Below the pieces are notes generated by a model that saw only the letters and a list, made by a program, of their open reading frames with translations, ran no database searches and was not told the origin of the DNA. Shown here piece by piece: positions 31,667 through 43,020 of a DNA stretch of 64,000 bases; within the stretch, counting starts at the first letter, position 1; every line of letters begins with the position of its first letter. Made by a program: the position numbers and the translations under genes. This stretch comes from Candidatus Marinacidobacterales bacterium (GTDB lineage: Bacteria > Acidobacteriota > Vicinamibacteria > Marinacidobacterales > SMYC01): NCBI GenBank assembly GCA_965237955.1, contig OZ250169.1:960001-1024000 (forward strand). Direction: 5' to 3'.

Positions 31667-33121
31667 CTATTTTTTGGGTTCGATTCTGAACTTTGAGTTG
31701 ACAGGAGGGATCACAGCCTCTTCCACAGGCCTTTCTAGTTGTGGTACCCAGTCATACGGAACCCGATAAGCGCGATAAACAGTATTTTGAAACTCCACTT
31801 TCTCGCCCAGTTGTGCAACCCAGTCATAGTCATAGGGAGACTGGTCATCAGCATCCCCACTCGTCCAACGGTTTTCCTCATCGGCTCCGAAGTGAACCTG
31901 CCCCGCGTCGACCGCCGCCTCGGCTTTAAAGAATGGGAGAACGTATTCCCAGACTATCTCCAATTCGGGGGTCACCTCGAAAAGGCGCCCCTGGGCACCT
32001 TCCGTGATTAAGGTGTTACCGTTGGGAAGACGCTGGGCGTTGCTGGCATCGTAGCTGAAGAACTTCTCATTCCTATATCCAACCTTGCCGGCTCTATATT
32101 CCCAAACCAATTCCAGCGTCAGCGGATTGAACTCTAATATCCGGGAATACCACCTTAGAGCATTTCTTCTCCCGAAGGGAGCACCAGGATTAGGGGGGCC
32201 GTATCCGGCTCTTCCACCATTATCAAAGACCAGGATGTTCCCTGCGCCAGGAAGTCCCTTGGGGATCACATGGGCATGATGCTGGCCAATGATCTGACCC
32301 AGCTTGCGGAGTGCCGGTGTGGCGGTATAGTCCGGTCCCACCTTCCAGACGATCTTGCCGGTCTTCCTGTCGGTTATTCCCATGATGTTAGCCTCGCGGG
32401 AATCCCAGATCACGTTGTCAGGATGGAAGCGCTCATCACCCGCGTCGTACCACTTATTGGGTCCGACATATGACAAACTGTTGATATGCAGCCAGTCGTC
32501 AGCCTTCACTCCTTGTACATTCTCGTATTTCGGATGGCGGTACATGGTGTTCTTGGCTGCCTCGCTGAAACCCAGTTCATCTAAGTGCTCATTCCATAAC
32601 CATTCCCAGACGATCTTTCCGTCCCAGGTCACCTCATAGATATAGTCATCAGCTAGAAGCTCGTTGGTTATCTTGGGATTTTTCAAAAGCTTGCGGGAAA
32701 GGATCAGGGTCTTTCCCCTATCGACCAAGGGCTCCATGCCGGGGACATAGTATCCCACCGGATTACCCTCTCTCTGGAAATCATGATGTTGACCGGAGTT
32801 TTCGAGCTTCCATACAATGTTCCCATCCCAATCTTCTTGGCCGAAATCGTTAGATGTTCCCGCTCCGCGTCGCATTAAATAGCCACCCGGAAGAAGCTTG
32901 GGCGGATGTGAGGAACCTTCCCACTGCTTAACCACATTGCCGTTCATGTCGATTAGGGTAGGTCCAACTCCTCCCGCGGCTCGGAATATGGTGTAGCCAT
33001 TCCAAGCTTTATCAGGTTTGTAGATCGTCGTTCCTGTCGGGAAAACGGTTGGAATTGCAGGAAACGTTGCGGGAATGAGCGCTAGTGAACAAATCGCCAG
33101 CATGAATAAAGATTTTTTCAT
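31667..33121 (-). CDS. Aryl-sulfate sulfotransferase (ASST family)
   Basis: Signal peptide, PTVFPTGTTIY, QHHDFQREGNPVGYYVP, DWLHINS, GQHHAH, VFDNGG, AQRLPNGNTLITEG. Confidence 0.9.
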   Translation of the reverse strand: MKKSLFMLAICSLALIPATFPAIPTVFPTGTTIYKPDKAWNGYTIFRAAGGVGPTLIDMNGNVVKQWEGSSHPPKLLPGGYLMRRGAGTSNDFGQEDWDGNIVWKLENSGQHHDFQREGNPVGYYVPGMEPLVDRGKTLILSRKLLKNPKITNELLADDYIYEVTWDGKIVWEWLWNEHLDELGFSEAAKNTMYRHPKYENVQGVKADDWLHINSLSYVGPNKWYDAGDERFHPDNVIWDSREANIMGITDRKTGKIVWKVGPDYTATPALRKLGQIIGQHHAHVIPKGLPGAGNILVFDNGGRAGYGPPNPGAPFGRRNALRWYSRILEFNPLTLELVWEYRAGKVGYRNEKFFSYDASNAQRLPNGNTLITEGAQGRLFEVTPELEIVWEYVLPFFKAEAAVDAGQVHFGADEENRWTSGDADDQSPYDYDWVAQLGEKVEFQNTVYRAYRVPYDWVPQLERPVEEAVIPPVNSKFRIEPKK

Positions 33122-33214
33122 TTTCTCCTCCTTTTCTTAGCTTTCGACCGATTCGGTCCGAACTTGCTTGACAACATACACTGTAAAAAACTGCATCACT
33201 CTAAAATCTGCTTA

Positions 33215-33604
33215 AGATGTAAACATTTTCCAGCTTAAAGTACGGCCTTAACATCTCCTCATCCAGGTCGTACTCGGCTTTTTTAAAGCTTTTCTGCATA
33301 GTAAGCTCCAGTCCCAGGGCTTCAGTTTAAAATCCTTGCCTTCTTTGTCAATCATCTCCTGAAGCTCTTTGGCTTCTTTTTTCGCCATCCGCAGAGCTGG
33401 TTTCCAAAACAGGTCAAGAAATTTGTAAAACATTCTCAGGTTTTTTTTCCATATTGTTTTCAAGCACAAAATGGGCATAGGTTTTGTAGCCTAAGAGATT
33501 TGCTTTTTCAACGCGAAGAGCGATTATTCGAGATACGATAGCTTTGTTGTCCAGATCATCATTATTATTAGAGCGGTTGATGTAAGCCTTAAAGATTTGC
33601 CTCG
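33215..33604 (-). pseudogene. Internal fragment of an M3 peptidyl-dipeptidase (Dcp-like), AT-rich and frameshifted
   Basis: LRVEKANLLGYKTYAHFVL...LKPWDW.YYAEK...YDLDEEMLRPYFKLENV read across several frameshifts. Confidence 0.8.
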
Positions 33605-33884
33605 GCTTCTTTTTCGTTCGCTTGATTTGAGCAAGACAAAAGCATTAGACTCAACGAAGATACAATTGTTATTTTCAGTGTTTATTAGCTCCTTTTGATA
33701 TTTGTAGACCTAAAATTCGACAGCAAAACTGTATGTTGTCAAGCAAATTCGGAACGTCGCGGTCGAAAGCTTCGTCCACAACTTTGGGCCCGGCGGGAGG
33801 AAGATCGCCTACGAACTTGCCCACTGTGCGTGGTGTCTCGACCGCCCTGAGTACTAGACGTCGGAATCATAGTTTATTGGTATT

Positions 33885-34402
33885 CTCCTCTACAACGCGC
33901 CGTCCATAGCGGTGTGGGTTCCTTTCAACGAAGCGTGGGGGCAGTTTGATGCGGCCGAGATCGCCGAGTGGACGAAGAGCTACGATCCCACCCGGATCGT
34001 GGACCACGCCAGCGGTTGGTTCGACCAGGGAGCCGGCGACCTGAAGGATGAGCACATCTACATGCGGGAGCTGACGCTTCCCGAGCCCGAACCCGAGCGG
34101 GCCCTGGTGCTGGGTGAATTCGGGGGTTACGGCCTACTGGAGCGAGACCACTCCTGGCAAACAGAGGATCTGTTCGTGTACGACGAGTCGAGCTCGTCCG
34201 CCGAGCTCACCGAGAAATACGTCAGACTGCTCGAGGAGCAGGTCATCCCGCTCGTGCCCAGGTGGTCTTTCAGCGGCCGTCTACACCCAGACCACGGACG
34301 TCGAGTGAGAAGTCAACGGGTACCTCACCTACGACCGTGAGGTTTTCAAGATGGACATATCGTGAATCAGGCCAGTGCACGAGAGCTGACCAGCATCTAC
34401 TG
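33885..34402 (+). pseudogene. GH2 glycoside hydrolase C-terminal fragment
   Basis: LYNAPSIAVWVPFNEAWGQF, DHASGW, LGEFGG, LSAAVYTQTTDVE*EVNGYLTYDR; one frameshift and one stop. Confidence 0.82.
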
Positions 34403-34423
34403 AGGACACGGGAGGTCTGAGCC

Positions 34424-37114
34424 ATGGCATCCGCGCGACCCGCGCCCCCGCGCCGTGGGATCGCAGCCCTCGCGCTGGCTGCGATCCCGACCGTCGCCGC
34501 AGCGCAGGAGCTCCCCCCTCCGGTGGATCGGGAGATCCAGTTCCAGAGGGACGTCAAGCCGATCCTGGCCGAGCGCTGCTACGCGTGCCACGGCGAAGAC
34601 GTGGCGATGAACGGCTACAGCATGCGGCGGAAGAAGGAGGCCGTGCGCGGCGGCTACTCCGGCCTGGCCGCGATCGAGCCCCGCGACAGCGCCGCCAGCC
34701 GTCTGATCCACCTGGTGGCCGGCGTCGAGGAGATGTTGTTGATGCCCCCGACCGGCGGCCGGCTCTCCGATGAGGAGATCGGGGTCCTGCGCGCCTGGAT
34801 CGATCAGGGCGTCGACTGGGTCTCCTCGGACGAGGGCCCGGAAGCAGCGGAATCGGAGGAGTGGCTGGAGATGGACTACGGACCCGTGATCTCAGCCAGC
34901 ATCACGGTCCGCGAGCCGCAGGATCCACGCGCCGACAAGACGCCGCAGGACAACGTCAGCTACAAGGCCCACGCGGTGTCGCTGGGCCCGGACCGCAGGG
35001 CCGGCATCGTGTTCGACACGGAGCTGCTGCGCTACGCGGCGGGTTGGCGGGACGGGGGTCTCGAGCTGACCGGGACCGTCTTCGACGGGAAGCACGGGCC
35101 CCATCCCTGGGTCCGCGACGAGCCCGCGTTCGAGAACCCGGTCGGCCCGGGCTGGGCCGATCACGGCCGCTTCGACGACCCGCGCCCGGACGGCTTCGGC
35201 AACCTGCCCGAGGAGTGGGCCCGGTATCGCGGCTACTACGTGCACGGCACCCGGATCGTGTTCTCGTACTCGGTGGGCGGCGTCGGGGTGCTGGACCAGC
35301 CGGGTTTCGAGATCAGGCAAGGGTTTCAGGTCCTCACCCGAACGCTGGAGACGACAGCGAGCCGGGAAGAGAGGGTGCTCCAGGTCGCCGAGGCCCCCGG
35401 TGCGCCCCGACTCCTCGACCGGGTCTCCCTCGAGCCCGGAGAGGGCCCCGCGGCGCAGACGCTCGTGCGCGCGGGAGCGCTCGTCGTCGGTCTCGTCGGG
35501 GACGAAGGCGCCGAATGGGACCTCTCCGACGCCCAGATCCGGCTCCGGCTCCCCCCCTCCGACGAAGGCCGCCGGTGGAAGTTGTTCTTCGCCGCAGATG
35601 CGAACGTGGAGCGTCTGGCCGCGGTGCTGCGCGAAGCGCCCGCACCTCTCGCTCTCGCGGAGCTCACGCGCGGTGGGCCGTCCCGCTTCGCCCGGGAGGT
35701 GAGCACCCGCGGCCGGCTGGGACCCGTCTCCGGGCCGTACGTCGTGGACGAGATCACCCTGCCCGTCGACAACCCCTGGAAGTCCTGGATGCGCCCGGGG
35801 GACTTCGCCTTCTTCGAAGGTGAGGACCGCGCCGCGGTCACGACCTGGAGCGGCGACGTGTGGCTCGTCGACGGCGTCGATGCCGATCTCGAAGAGCTCG
35901 TGTGGCGCCGCTACGCCACCGGCTTCTACCAGCCTCTGGGCGTCGAGGTCGTCGACGGCACGGTCCACGTCCTCGATCGCAACCAGATCACTCGCCTCCA
36001 CGACCTGAACGGCGATGGCGAGGCCGACTTCTACGAGAACTTCAACAACGACTTCCTCGCCACCCACCACTTCCACGAGTTCACCTTCGACCTCGATCGC
36101 GACCGCGACGGCAACTTCTACTTCGCCAAGGCGGCGCGCCACGCGCTCCCGGCCAAGGTCAGGCACCACGGGGTGATCTTCAAGCTCGATCCCGGCGGCC
36201 GGAAGCTCGAGGTCGTCTGCCGCGGCTTCCGCGTGCCCAACGGCGTGTCGGTGGGGCCGAACGGCGAGATCACGACTTCGGACCAGGAGGGGCACTGGAT
36301 CCCGTCCACACCGATCGTGATGTGCGAGCCCGGCGGCTACTACGGCTACGCCTGGGGCGGGGGCGTCGATCCGGCCCGGGCCGACGACTACGATCGCCCG
36401 GTGGTGTACCTTCCGACCGAGGTCGACAACTCGGGGGCCGGGCAGGCCTGGGTCCCCGACGATCGCTGGGGGCCGCTCGAAGGCCATCTCGTCCACGCCT
36501 CTTATGGACGCGGGAAGCTCTTCCTGGTCCCGATCGAGCGCGTCGACGGCGTCCTCCAGGGCGGGGCGGTGGCGCTTCCCGCCGAGTTCGACACCGGGCT
36601 GTTGCGCCCCGGCTTCCGCGACGGGGACGGTCAGCTCTACCTCACCGGCCTGCGCGGCTGGGGCACCAGGAAGAAGGCGGCCGGAGCGTTCTACCGCGTC
36701 CGCTACGCCGGTGGGCCGCTCTATATGCCGATCGCGCTACAGGTGAGCGAAGCGGAGGGGATCTCGATCACCTTCACGGATCCCCTCGAACGCGGCTCCG
36801 CGGAAGACACGGAGAACTACGTCGTCAAGCGCTGGAACTACCGGCGCAGCAGCCGCTACGGCTCGGATGAGTTCCGGCTCGACGGGGAGCGGGGAATCGA
36901 AGAGGTCCAGGTCCTCGCCGCTCGCCTCTCCTCCGACGGCCGGACCGTGACGCTCACCGTGGAGGACCTGCGGGAGGTGGACCAGATGCAGGTCTGGCTG
37001 AGCCTCGAGGCCGCCGACGGCGCCCTCGTGGTCCACGAGATCCCGCTCACGGTCAACCGTCTCTCGCACCAGCCGGGGAAGCCGGTCCTGGCGCTGCGGG
37101 GGCAAGAACGCTAG
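34424..37114 (+). CDS. PVC-type cytochrome c domain / DUF6797-like / beta-propeller protein
   Basis: FQRDVKPIL..RCYACHG (CxxCH), MPP...LRAWIDQG, FDTELLRYAAGW, LHDLNGDGEADFYENFN, GFRVPNG, DQEGHW. Very GC-rich. Confidence 0.8.
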   Translation: MASARPAPPRRGIAALALAAIPTVAAAQELPPPVDREIQFQRDVKPILAERCYACHGEDVAMNGYSMRRKKEAVRGGYSGLAAIEPRDSAASRLIHLVAGVEEMLLMPPTGGRLSDEEIGVLRAWIDQGVDWVSSDEGPEAAESEEWLEMDYGPVISASITVREPQDPRADKTPQDNVSYKAHAVSLGPDRRAGIVFDTELLRYAAGWRDGGLELTGTVFDGKHGPHPWVRDEPAFENPVGPGWADHGRFDDPRPDGFGNLPEEWARYRGYYVHGTRIVFSYSVGGVGVLDQPGFEIRQGFQVLTRTLETTASREERVLQVAEAPGAPRLLDRVSLEPGEGPAAQTLVRAGALVVGLVGDEGAEWDLSDAQIRLRLPPSDEGRRWKLFFAADANVERLAAVLREAPAPLALAELTRGGPSRFAREVSTRGRLGPVSGPYVVDEITLPVDNPWKSWMRPGDFAFFEGEDRAAVTTWSGDVWLVDGVDADLEELVWRRYATGFYQPLGVEVVDGTVHVLDRNQITRLHDLNGDGEADFYENFNNDFLATHHFHEFTFDLDRDRDGNFYFAKAARHALPAKVRHHGVIFKLDPGGRKLEVVCRGFRVPNGVSVGPNGEITTSDQEGHWIPSTPIVMCEPGGYYGYAWGGGVDPARADDYDRPVVYLPTEVDNSGAGQAWVPDDRWGPLEGHLVHASYGRGKLFLVPIERVDGVLQGGAVALPAEFDTGLLRPGFRDGDGQLYLTGLRGWGTRKKAAGAFYRVRYAGGPLYMPIALQVSEAEGISITFTDPLERGSAEDTENYVVKRWNYRRSSRYGSDEFRLDGERGIEEVQVLAARLSSDGRTVTLTVEDLREVDQMQVWLSLEAADGALVVHEIPLTVNRLSHQPGKPVLALRGQER

Positions 37115-37134
37115 CGTTGAATAAGGAGGTCTCG

Positions 37135-38303
37135 ATGCGTCTTCCCTCCATCGCCCTGCTCGGGCTGCTCGGCTCCATGGCCGTCGCTCCCGTCTCCGCG
37201 GAGACGGGAGATCGATGGCTGGTGTACGAAGGGATAGGAGGACCCGGCGACGGCGTCCGCATCGTCCTGATCTCCGGCGACGAGGAGTATCGGTCCGAAG
37301 AGGCACTGCCCCAACTCGCCGCGATCCTGGCGTTCCGCCACGGCTTCCACTGCACCGTCCTCTTCGCCATCGATCCGGAGACCGGGATCATCAACCCGAA
37401 CGAGCAGACGAACATACCCGGACTCGAAACCCTGGGGACCGCCAACCTGGTCCTCGTGTTCACCCGCCTCCGGTCGCTGCCGGACGATCAGATGAAATGG
37501 ATCGACGAGTACCTCCTCTCGGGCCGGCCGGTGATCGGTCTCCGCACCGCGACCCACGCCTTCCGTCCTCCGGACGCAACGGCAACACCGAGAGGCCGTA
37601 CTCGCCGCGGAGCAGGCCGGCTCCACGCCGCCGGCGCTGGCGATCGAGGACGAGCAGTGGGGACGGTTCGGGCACTACGGAGACGGATACTCCGGGCCGC
37701 GGACGGCGTGGGAGGGCGGCTTCGGCCGTCTCGTGCTGGGCGAGCGCTGGATCGCCCACCACGGACGCCACAAGCACGAATCGACGCGCGGGATCGCGGC
37801 CCCCGGGGCGGCCGGCCATCCGATCCTGCGCGGCGTCGCTCCCGGCTCGATCTGGGGGCCCACCGACGTCTACCGGGTCCGCCTGCCGCTGCCGGGTGAC
37901 GCCCGCCCGCTGGTCCTCGGCCAGGTCGTGGAGCGCCGTGGCGACTTCGACGAGCAGGACCCCTTCTTTGGCATGAGGCCCGACGACGGGCCGCCGGCGG
38001 CGGCCAAGAACGACCCGATGATGCCGGTGGCGTGGACGAAGACCTACCGGGTCCCTGGCGGGAAACCGGGCCGGGTGTTTGCGACGACGCTGGGCGCATC
38101 GACCGACCTCCTCTCGGCCGGTTTGCGCCGCTTGATCGTCAACGCCGTCTACTGGTCCCTCGGCAAGGCCGAAGAGATTCCAGGGGGGGCGCGGCCGTGG
38201 ACCCCGTCGGGCGCTACGAGCCCACCCAGTACGGCTTTCTCTCAACCGAGCACCACCAGAGCACGGGGCGCCGGCCGGCCGACCTCCGAGTGGAACCCGG
38301 TAG
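37135..38303 (+). pseudogene. ThuA-like domain protein, frameshifted
   Basis: IVLISGDEEYRSEEALPQLA, IGLRTATHAF, then in another frame W..HHG.HK.ESTRG, DPMMPVAWTK, RVFATTLGA. Confidence 0.78.
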
Positions 38304-38579
38304 GAAATACGAGGAGTGAGATCCTGATGGGGACAATTTAGGGACAGTCCATCGTCTCGAGTCTACTCTCTAAAGGCCGATGACGATCTGAAAAAGATCC
38401 TCGAGATGTTCCACTATCCGAACGGGTCGCGGCTCGTCGGCCGCGTGCTCGAGCAACACACCGCGAGCACCAGGACCGATTACCCCGAGGACATATACAG
38501 CGGGAAGTGCAGGCGCGTTTCGGACCCAACCACTCCGTCGGCGGCGGTATCGCTCACGAATCGTCAGTCCGTTCAGGTT

Positions 38580-39310
38580 GATCCTCGAGTCTCCGTGGTC
38601 GGGCAACCTACCGAACGGACACGACGTGCGCTGCGACGTCGGTCTTTGCACCGGGCGCCGCGGGCCCAGTCCTCACTTCGGCTTGCGGGAACGTGTGACC
38701 CGCCGCCGCTTCGCCGTTCGCGGTGACGATGAACTGACGCGTCACGACATTGCCTGCCGCGCCCCCGATCGCGAACGTGTACGTAGTTTGACCGGTCACT
38801 CTGACGCCCGGCGGAAGGGCAGTTCCGGCTCCCGGGTAAGTAACCGTGACCGGGCCGACGTAAGGAGGGATTTGCGTGACAGTTGCCATCACGACCACGC
38901 CCGGTCCGCCGGGTGTGAGCGAGACCTCCGATGGCGTGATCTCGATGTAGGCTCCGCCATCCGCGGCACCGTACGCCTTCACCGTGTACGGCGTCGACGA
39001 CTTCGGTGCGACTGGTGGCGCGGTTCCGGTAACGGCAATCGGGTAAACTCCCTGGGCAATGCCGGCCGGAACGTTGATCTGCAGCCGCGCGGTGAACTCA
39101 GGACGCCCGGCCGCAGCGCCGACATACGCGCCCGTGATGCCCGCGGGCAGCGGGCCTACGCCGAGCGTCACGACGTTCGGTACGGGGATGACTTTGTTGG
39201 TCGCCGGGTCGACGCCAGAGCGACGCGTGTGGACCGCCCTGAAGTGGATCGACGCCGGTCCTCCGGCGAGAATCTTGATCTCGCTTGGAAGATCTCCAGC
39301 GATGAGGTAA
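38580..39310 (-). pseudogene. Fragment of a beta-sandwich-like (surface) protein
   Basis: Gly/Pro/Thr/Val-rich open frame (LQINVPAGIAQGVYPIAVTG, IEITPSEVSLTPGG) with no native start; begins next to an ACG end. Confidence 0.4.
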
Positions 39311-39325
39311 TCCGGTGGCGGGTCC

Positions 39326-40155
39326 CGTCCTGTCCGAAAACGGGAACGGAGCGGCAAGGTCGAATCCTAGAGGCGTTCTCAAAACTCGCGGAGACCAGCC
39401 GACGCGGTACTGGCTCTGCGATAGGCGACCCCGAGCAGACCTCTCCTGCAGACCATCCGTTCCGTCCAACTGGCGCGCCCGAACTCCTATGCGGCGTCGC
39501 GGTGGTAATAGCTGAGCAAGCCGCCCAATCGCTTACGACATCGCACCTTCTCGTGAGGACTGCCGACGCATTCTTCCGCTTCGAGCAACGCGTTCCCGAG
39601 CCCTTGATGGTTGCGCTCTCCGTGATAATGATGGATGAACTCAGCGACGGCACGGCGCAGCGATTGCTCACTGAAGAAGATCATCCGCTCCAAGCACTCG
39701 CTCTTGATCGACAAAACAAACCTTTCGACGTAAGCGTTCAGATTCGGCGAACGGTGCGGCAGCCGAATGACGTCCGTTCCGGCGTGCTCGAGCAAATCGC
39801 GAAACTCCGTGGTGAACTTCTTGTCGTGGTCCAGGATGAGGAATCGCTTGCCGCGCAGAAAGCCGTCGAATGGGTCGGTGAGATTCCGACCGACCTGCAT
39901 CATGAACGGGCCATCCGGCCCCGGAGTGATTCCGGCAATGTGCACTTTTCGCGAAGACAGCTCGATGACGACGAGCACATAGTTAGGTCACGAGCCTGCG
40001 AACTGTGGCGACCTCGACGGTGAAGAAGTCGATCGCAGCAACGGTTTCCCAATGGGCGGCGAGAAACGTGCGCCACGGCGTCCGCTCACCTCGCTCCGGC
40101 GCGGGCTCGATGCCATGTTCTCGCAGAATATTGGCGATGGTGCTCCTGGCTACCG
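39326..40155 (-). mobile_element. 3' part of a second, divergent integrase-core (rve) element
   Basis: End cgtcctgtccgaaaac; [53 protein letters not shown]. Cut at 40155 by an ACG end. Confidence 0.85.
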
Positions 40156-40266
40156 CGTCCTGTGCCAAAACTCGGCCCTTTTGAAATAGACCACAAATCA
40201 GCAGCTTAGACGCCCTTGGAATCCGCGCAGAATCGAGGGTATTTCGCGCCGCAGGGCTGGCTTCCG
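40156..40266 (-). repeat. Sibling ACG end (inverse copy of 23980..24090)
   Basis: Outer ~54 bp match the TIR; the inner part matches 23980..24036. Confidence 0.9.
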
Positions 40267-41704
40267 CGTCCTGTGCCAAAACTCGGCCTTTTTTGAAATA
40301 GGCCATAAATCAGCAACTTAGTGTCTGTGTTTACGACCGGGCCAAGGGCCGTGGGCTTTACAATCGTCTTGGGCGGGCGGGTCGTCACCATGCAGATGAC
40401 CACCTAGTCGAGAGCGAATATCGAAGCGTGTTCCTGAAGCGGTTTCCACGCTACGCCGGTCGAGCCCGCCGAGGGGCTACCGTCGCCGGCGACCATCTAC
40501 GCGGCACGGCAGTAGTAGTTGAGAATGCCCCCAAGTCGCTCTCGCGACACGATGGGGCCAGCGTCATTCGCGCTTGCCGGCAGAGGTGTGAGGAGCTCGT
40601 TGCCGAGACCTTGGTGGTTCCGTTCTGTGTGATAGTGCACTACGTATTCGGTTACCGCTGTGCGCAGGTGTCGCTCACTGAGAGGTACGAAGCGGTCGAG
40701 ACACTCTCGACGTATGGAGAGAACGAATCTTTCCGCATATGCGTTCAGATTCGGACTATTAGCGGGAAGGCGAAGGGGCTTCACGCCTGAATCTCTCAAC
40801 AGCCCACGTACCGCCTCGGTGAATAGCGGGTCCCGGTCGTGGATGAGGTATCGCTTGCCAAGGAGGAAACCATCCCACATGTCAGTGAGGTTTCTTGCCA
40901 CCTGCTTCATCCACTCCCCGTTGGGGTCCGACGTTATCCAGGGCAGTACACCGATGCACACGCAGCGAGTGGCGATATCGATGACAAACAGGACATGGTA
41001 GCGGACGAGCCCGAACGGGTTCACAACCTCGACGATGAACAGGTCTGTCGCAGCGATGGCGCCCCAATGAGCCTTGATGAAGGTGCTCCACGACATGCTC
41101 CTGCCCCGCTCCGGCGCAGGAGCGATACCGTGCTCGGCGAGGAGCCTCTTGATAGTGTTGCGTCCGAGTTCATGTCCTAGGTTCTTGAGTGCGCCTCGCA
41201 GGCGCGTATATCCCCACGTCGGGTTCTCCCGCGCCACGCGCACAATGAGCTCACGGATGTCCTTCGCCGTCGGAGGTCGGCCTGGACTCCGGTTCTTGCT
41301 GCCATCGTACTTGGCTGCGATGAGGTGGCGGTACCAGCGCAGAAGCGTAGCGGGTGTGGCAACGGACGCAATCTGGGCCAGCGCCTCGCGGCCCAAAGCC
41401 TGGGCCTTGACGGCGAGCCTGCGCCGCTCGTCGTCCGAGAGACTGAGACGCTTGCCCCGAAGCCCGGCTCGGAGCACACGGTTCTCCTCTTGCTGGTAGT
41501 CGATCACATCCTGCTGCTGGCGGTTGACCCAGCCAGCTAGAACGAGCAGTAGGAATTGCACGTGGTACGTCATCATGGAGCTGAAGATAACACCCTCGGG
41601 CTAGACGATTGTAAAGCCTACGGCCCTTGGCCCCGGCGCAAACACAGACACTAAGCTGCTGATTTATGGCCTATTTCAAAAGGGCCGAGTTTTGGCACAG
41701 GACG
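40267..41704 (-). mobile_element. Full-length long-TIR integrase-core element, copy A
   Basis: ~102-bp TIRs CGTCCTGTGCCAAAACTC...; single transposase; no TSD. Confidence 0.9.
40497..41576 (-). CDS. Integrase-core (rve/DDE) transposase
   Basis: 359 aa. [12 protein letters not shown] region, [28 protein letters not shown]. 9-nt insertion relative to the sister copies. Confidence 0.9.
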   Translation of the reverse strand: MMTYHVQFLLLVLAGWVNRQQQDVIDYQQEENRVLRAGLRGKRLSLSDDERRRLAVKAQALGREALAQIASVATPATLLRWYRHLIAAKYDGSKNRSPGRPPTAKDIRELIVRVARENPTWGYTRLRGALKNLGHELGRNTIKRLLAEHGIAPAPERGRSMSWSTFIKAHWGAIAATDLFIVEVVNPFGLVRYHVLFVIDIATRCVCIGVLPWITSDPNGEWMKQVARNLTDMWDGFLLGKRYLIHDRDPLFTEAVRGLLRDSGVKPLRLPANSPNLNAYAERFVLSIRRECLDRFVPLSERHLRTAVTEYVVHYHTERNHQGLGNELLTPLPASANDAGPIVSRERLGGILNYYCRAA

Positions 41705-42118
41705 GGGTACGATGCGCTAGATGCGCAGAGGAAAGCAGGCCTGAATAAGATCGGCAAATTCGATAGGGATTTGGGTCGCTTCGTTATCCATCGGCTTGAG
41801 GGCGACGTGCTGCGGCATGAAGACTGGGGCCACATAGCGATTCTGGACAACAGCGCCATCGTCGTCGACGGACGCACTCTGCCTGGCGAGGCCAGAAGCC
41901 CGAACGCGGCCACGTTCGGGTGGGCCAAAAAACGATACGTTGAAAAAGAGATGCAGAGGTTCAAAGACAACATTTACAAGCAGCCGGACATGTCGTCTCA
42001 GGAGCGCGCGACCGCCGTTCAAGAGTTCAGGAGAACGATCGAACAGACGTTCGATGGATTCAGCCGCGCTCGGAAATACGAGATAATGATGCGAGAGGCA
42101 TACGGACTGGAGGAGTGA
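41705..42118 (+). pseudogene. C-terminal fragment of an unknown protein
   Basis: Open frame begins exactly at the element end; its stop overlaps the next start (GTGATG). Confidence 0.5.
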
Positions 42119-43020
42119 TGGCTGAACCGTACGGCCAGGATCTTGTGGAGCGGGCCTATTTGTCACGGCTCCATGCGATGCTGGTGAACTCCGGATATCG
42201 AGGACAGTTCGCCGGCGTGGAGCCGGTCGACCGGCTGTTCGCGCTTTTGAGACGCTCGGACAGAGGGACGAAACTCGCCGACCAGTTTGTGTCCGTTTTC
42301 GGAGACGGCGGCAAACGGACCAGCGTGGCGACGATCAGAATCGCGGACGAGCGCGCGTACCAGGCGTGGGGGTTGCCAAACGTCTGGCCGACACGCCATA
42401 CTGCCGTCATGGCACTTCCAAAACGCCTAATCAAGGACATCAAGGAAAATCGCGAGGAGTGGAGAGCGCGCCGGTTCGAGCGCTTTCTCCAGCCGATTGA
42501 CGCGATCGTGCCGGTGGACCAAAACCACCCAAGTCCTGCTGACATCAACGCGGCAGCCCTGCGGATCGCAGCACAGGTGGACGCTCGGCACAAGAAAGGG
42601 GTCCATCAGATGGCGAAGCGTAAGACGCCACAAAAGACGGACAAGAAGTACGACCGCTTCGTCATGGACGTGCGGGAAATCGGCGACCCTGCGACTTCTC
42701 CTAGCCAGGCCGAGATCAACGCAAGCGTTGAGATCAATCTACGGAAGCAGGCGCTGGCGATCTTCGCCAAGGCCGAGAAGGCCAAGACGAAGGGCCGAAA
42801 GCTGACAGCCGACGACAAGCAGACGTACGATCACTTCGCCAAGCAGTACCCGCACCTCGTTACTGAGCGCCGTGCGGAGTTCCAGAAGCAGTTAGAGCGA
42901 TTCATCCAGCCGGCCGAAGGCATCCGGCCCAACGGGGTGGGGCCGTCGCCGGCAGAGGTGGACGAGGCGGCGCGCCGAGCGCTGGAGAATTACAAGCGCA
43001 GTGGCAAAAAGAGTTCGTAA
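42118..43020 (+). CDS. Hypothetical protein with three degenerate internal repeats
   Basis: ~300-aa ORF with RBS GGAGG; basic and helical; no family recognised. Confidence 0.6.
   Translation: MAEPYGQDLVERAYLSRLHAMLVNSGYRGQFAGVEPVDRLFALLRRSDRGTKLADQFVSVFGDGGKRTSVATIRIADERAYQAWGLPNVWPTRHTAVMALPKRLIKDIKENREEWRARRFERFLQPIDAIVPVDQNHPSPADINAAALRIAAQVDARHKKGVHQMAKRKTPQKTDKKYDRFVMDVREIGDPATSPSQAEINASVEINLRKQALAIFAKAEKAKTKGRKLTADDKQTYDHFAKQYPHLVTERRAEFQKQLERFIQPAEGIRPNGVGPSPAEVDEAARRALENYKRSGKKSS

Noticed and set aside
38578-40023. 481-aa plus-strand ORF, and similar long ORFs at 55701..57182, 34892..36496 and 11879..13228
   Set aside because: Antisense shadows of real genes in GC-rich DNA; some cross element junctions.
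40937-40950. 9-nt insertion in transposase copy A as an excision footprint
   Set aside because: No duplication or identifiable source; cannot be distinguished from a random indel.
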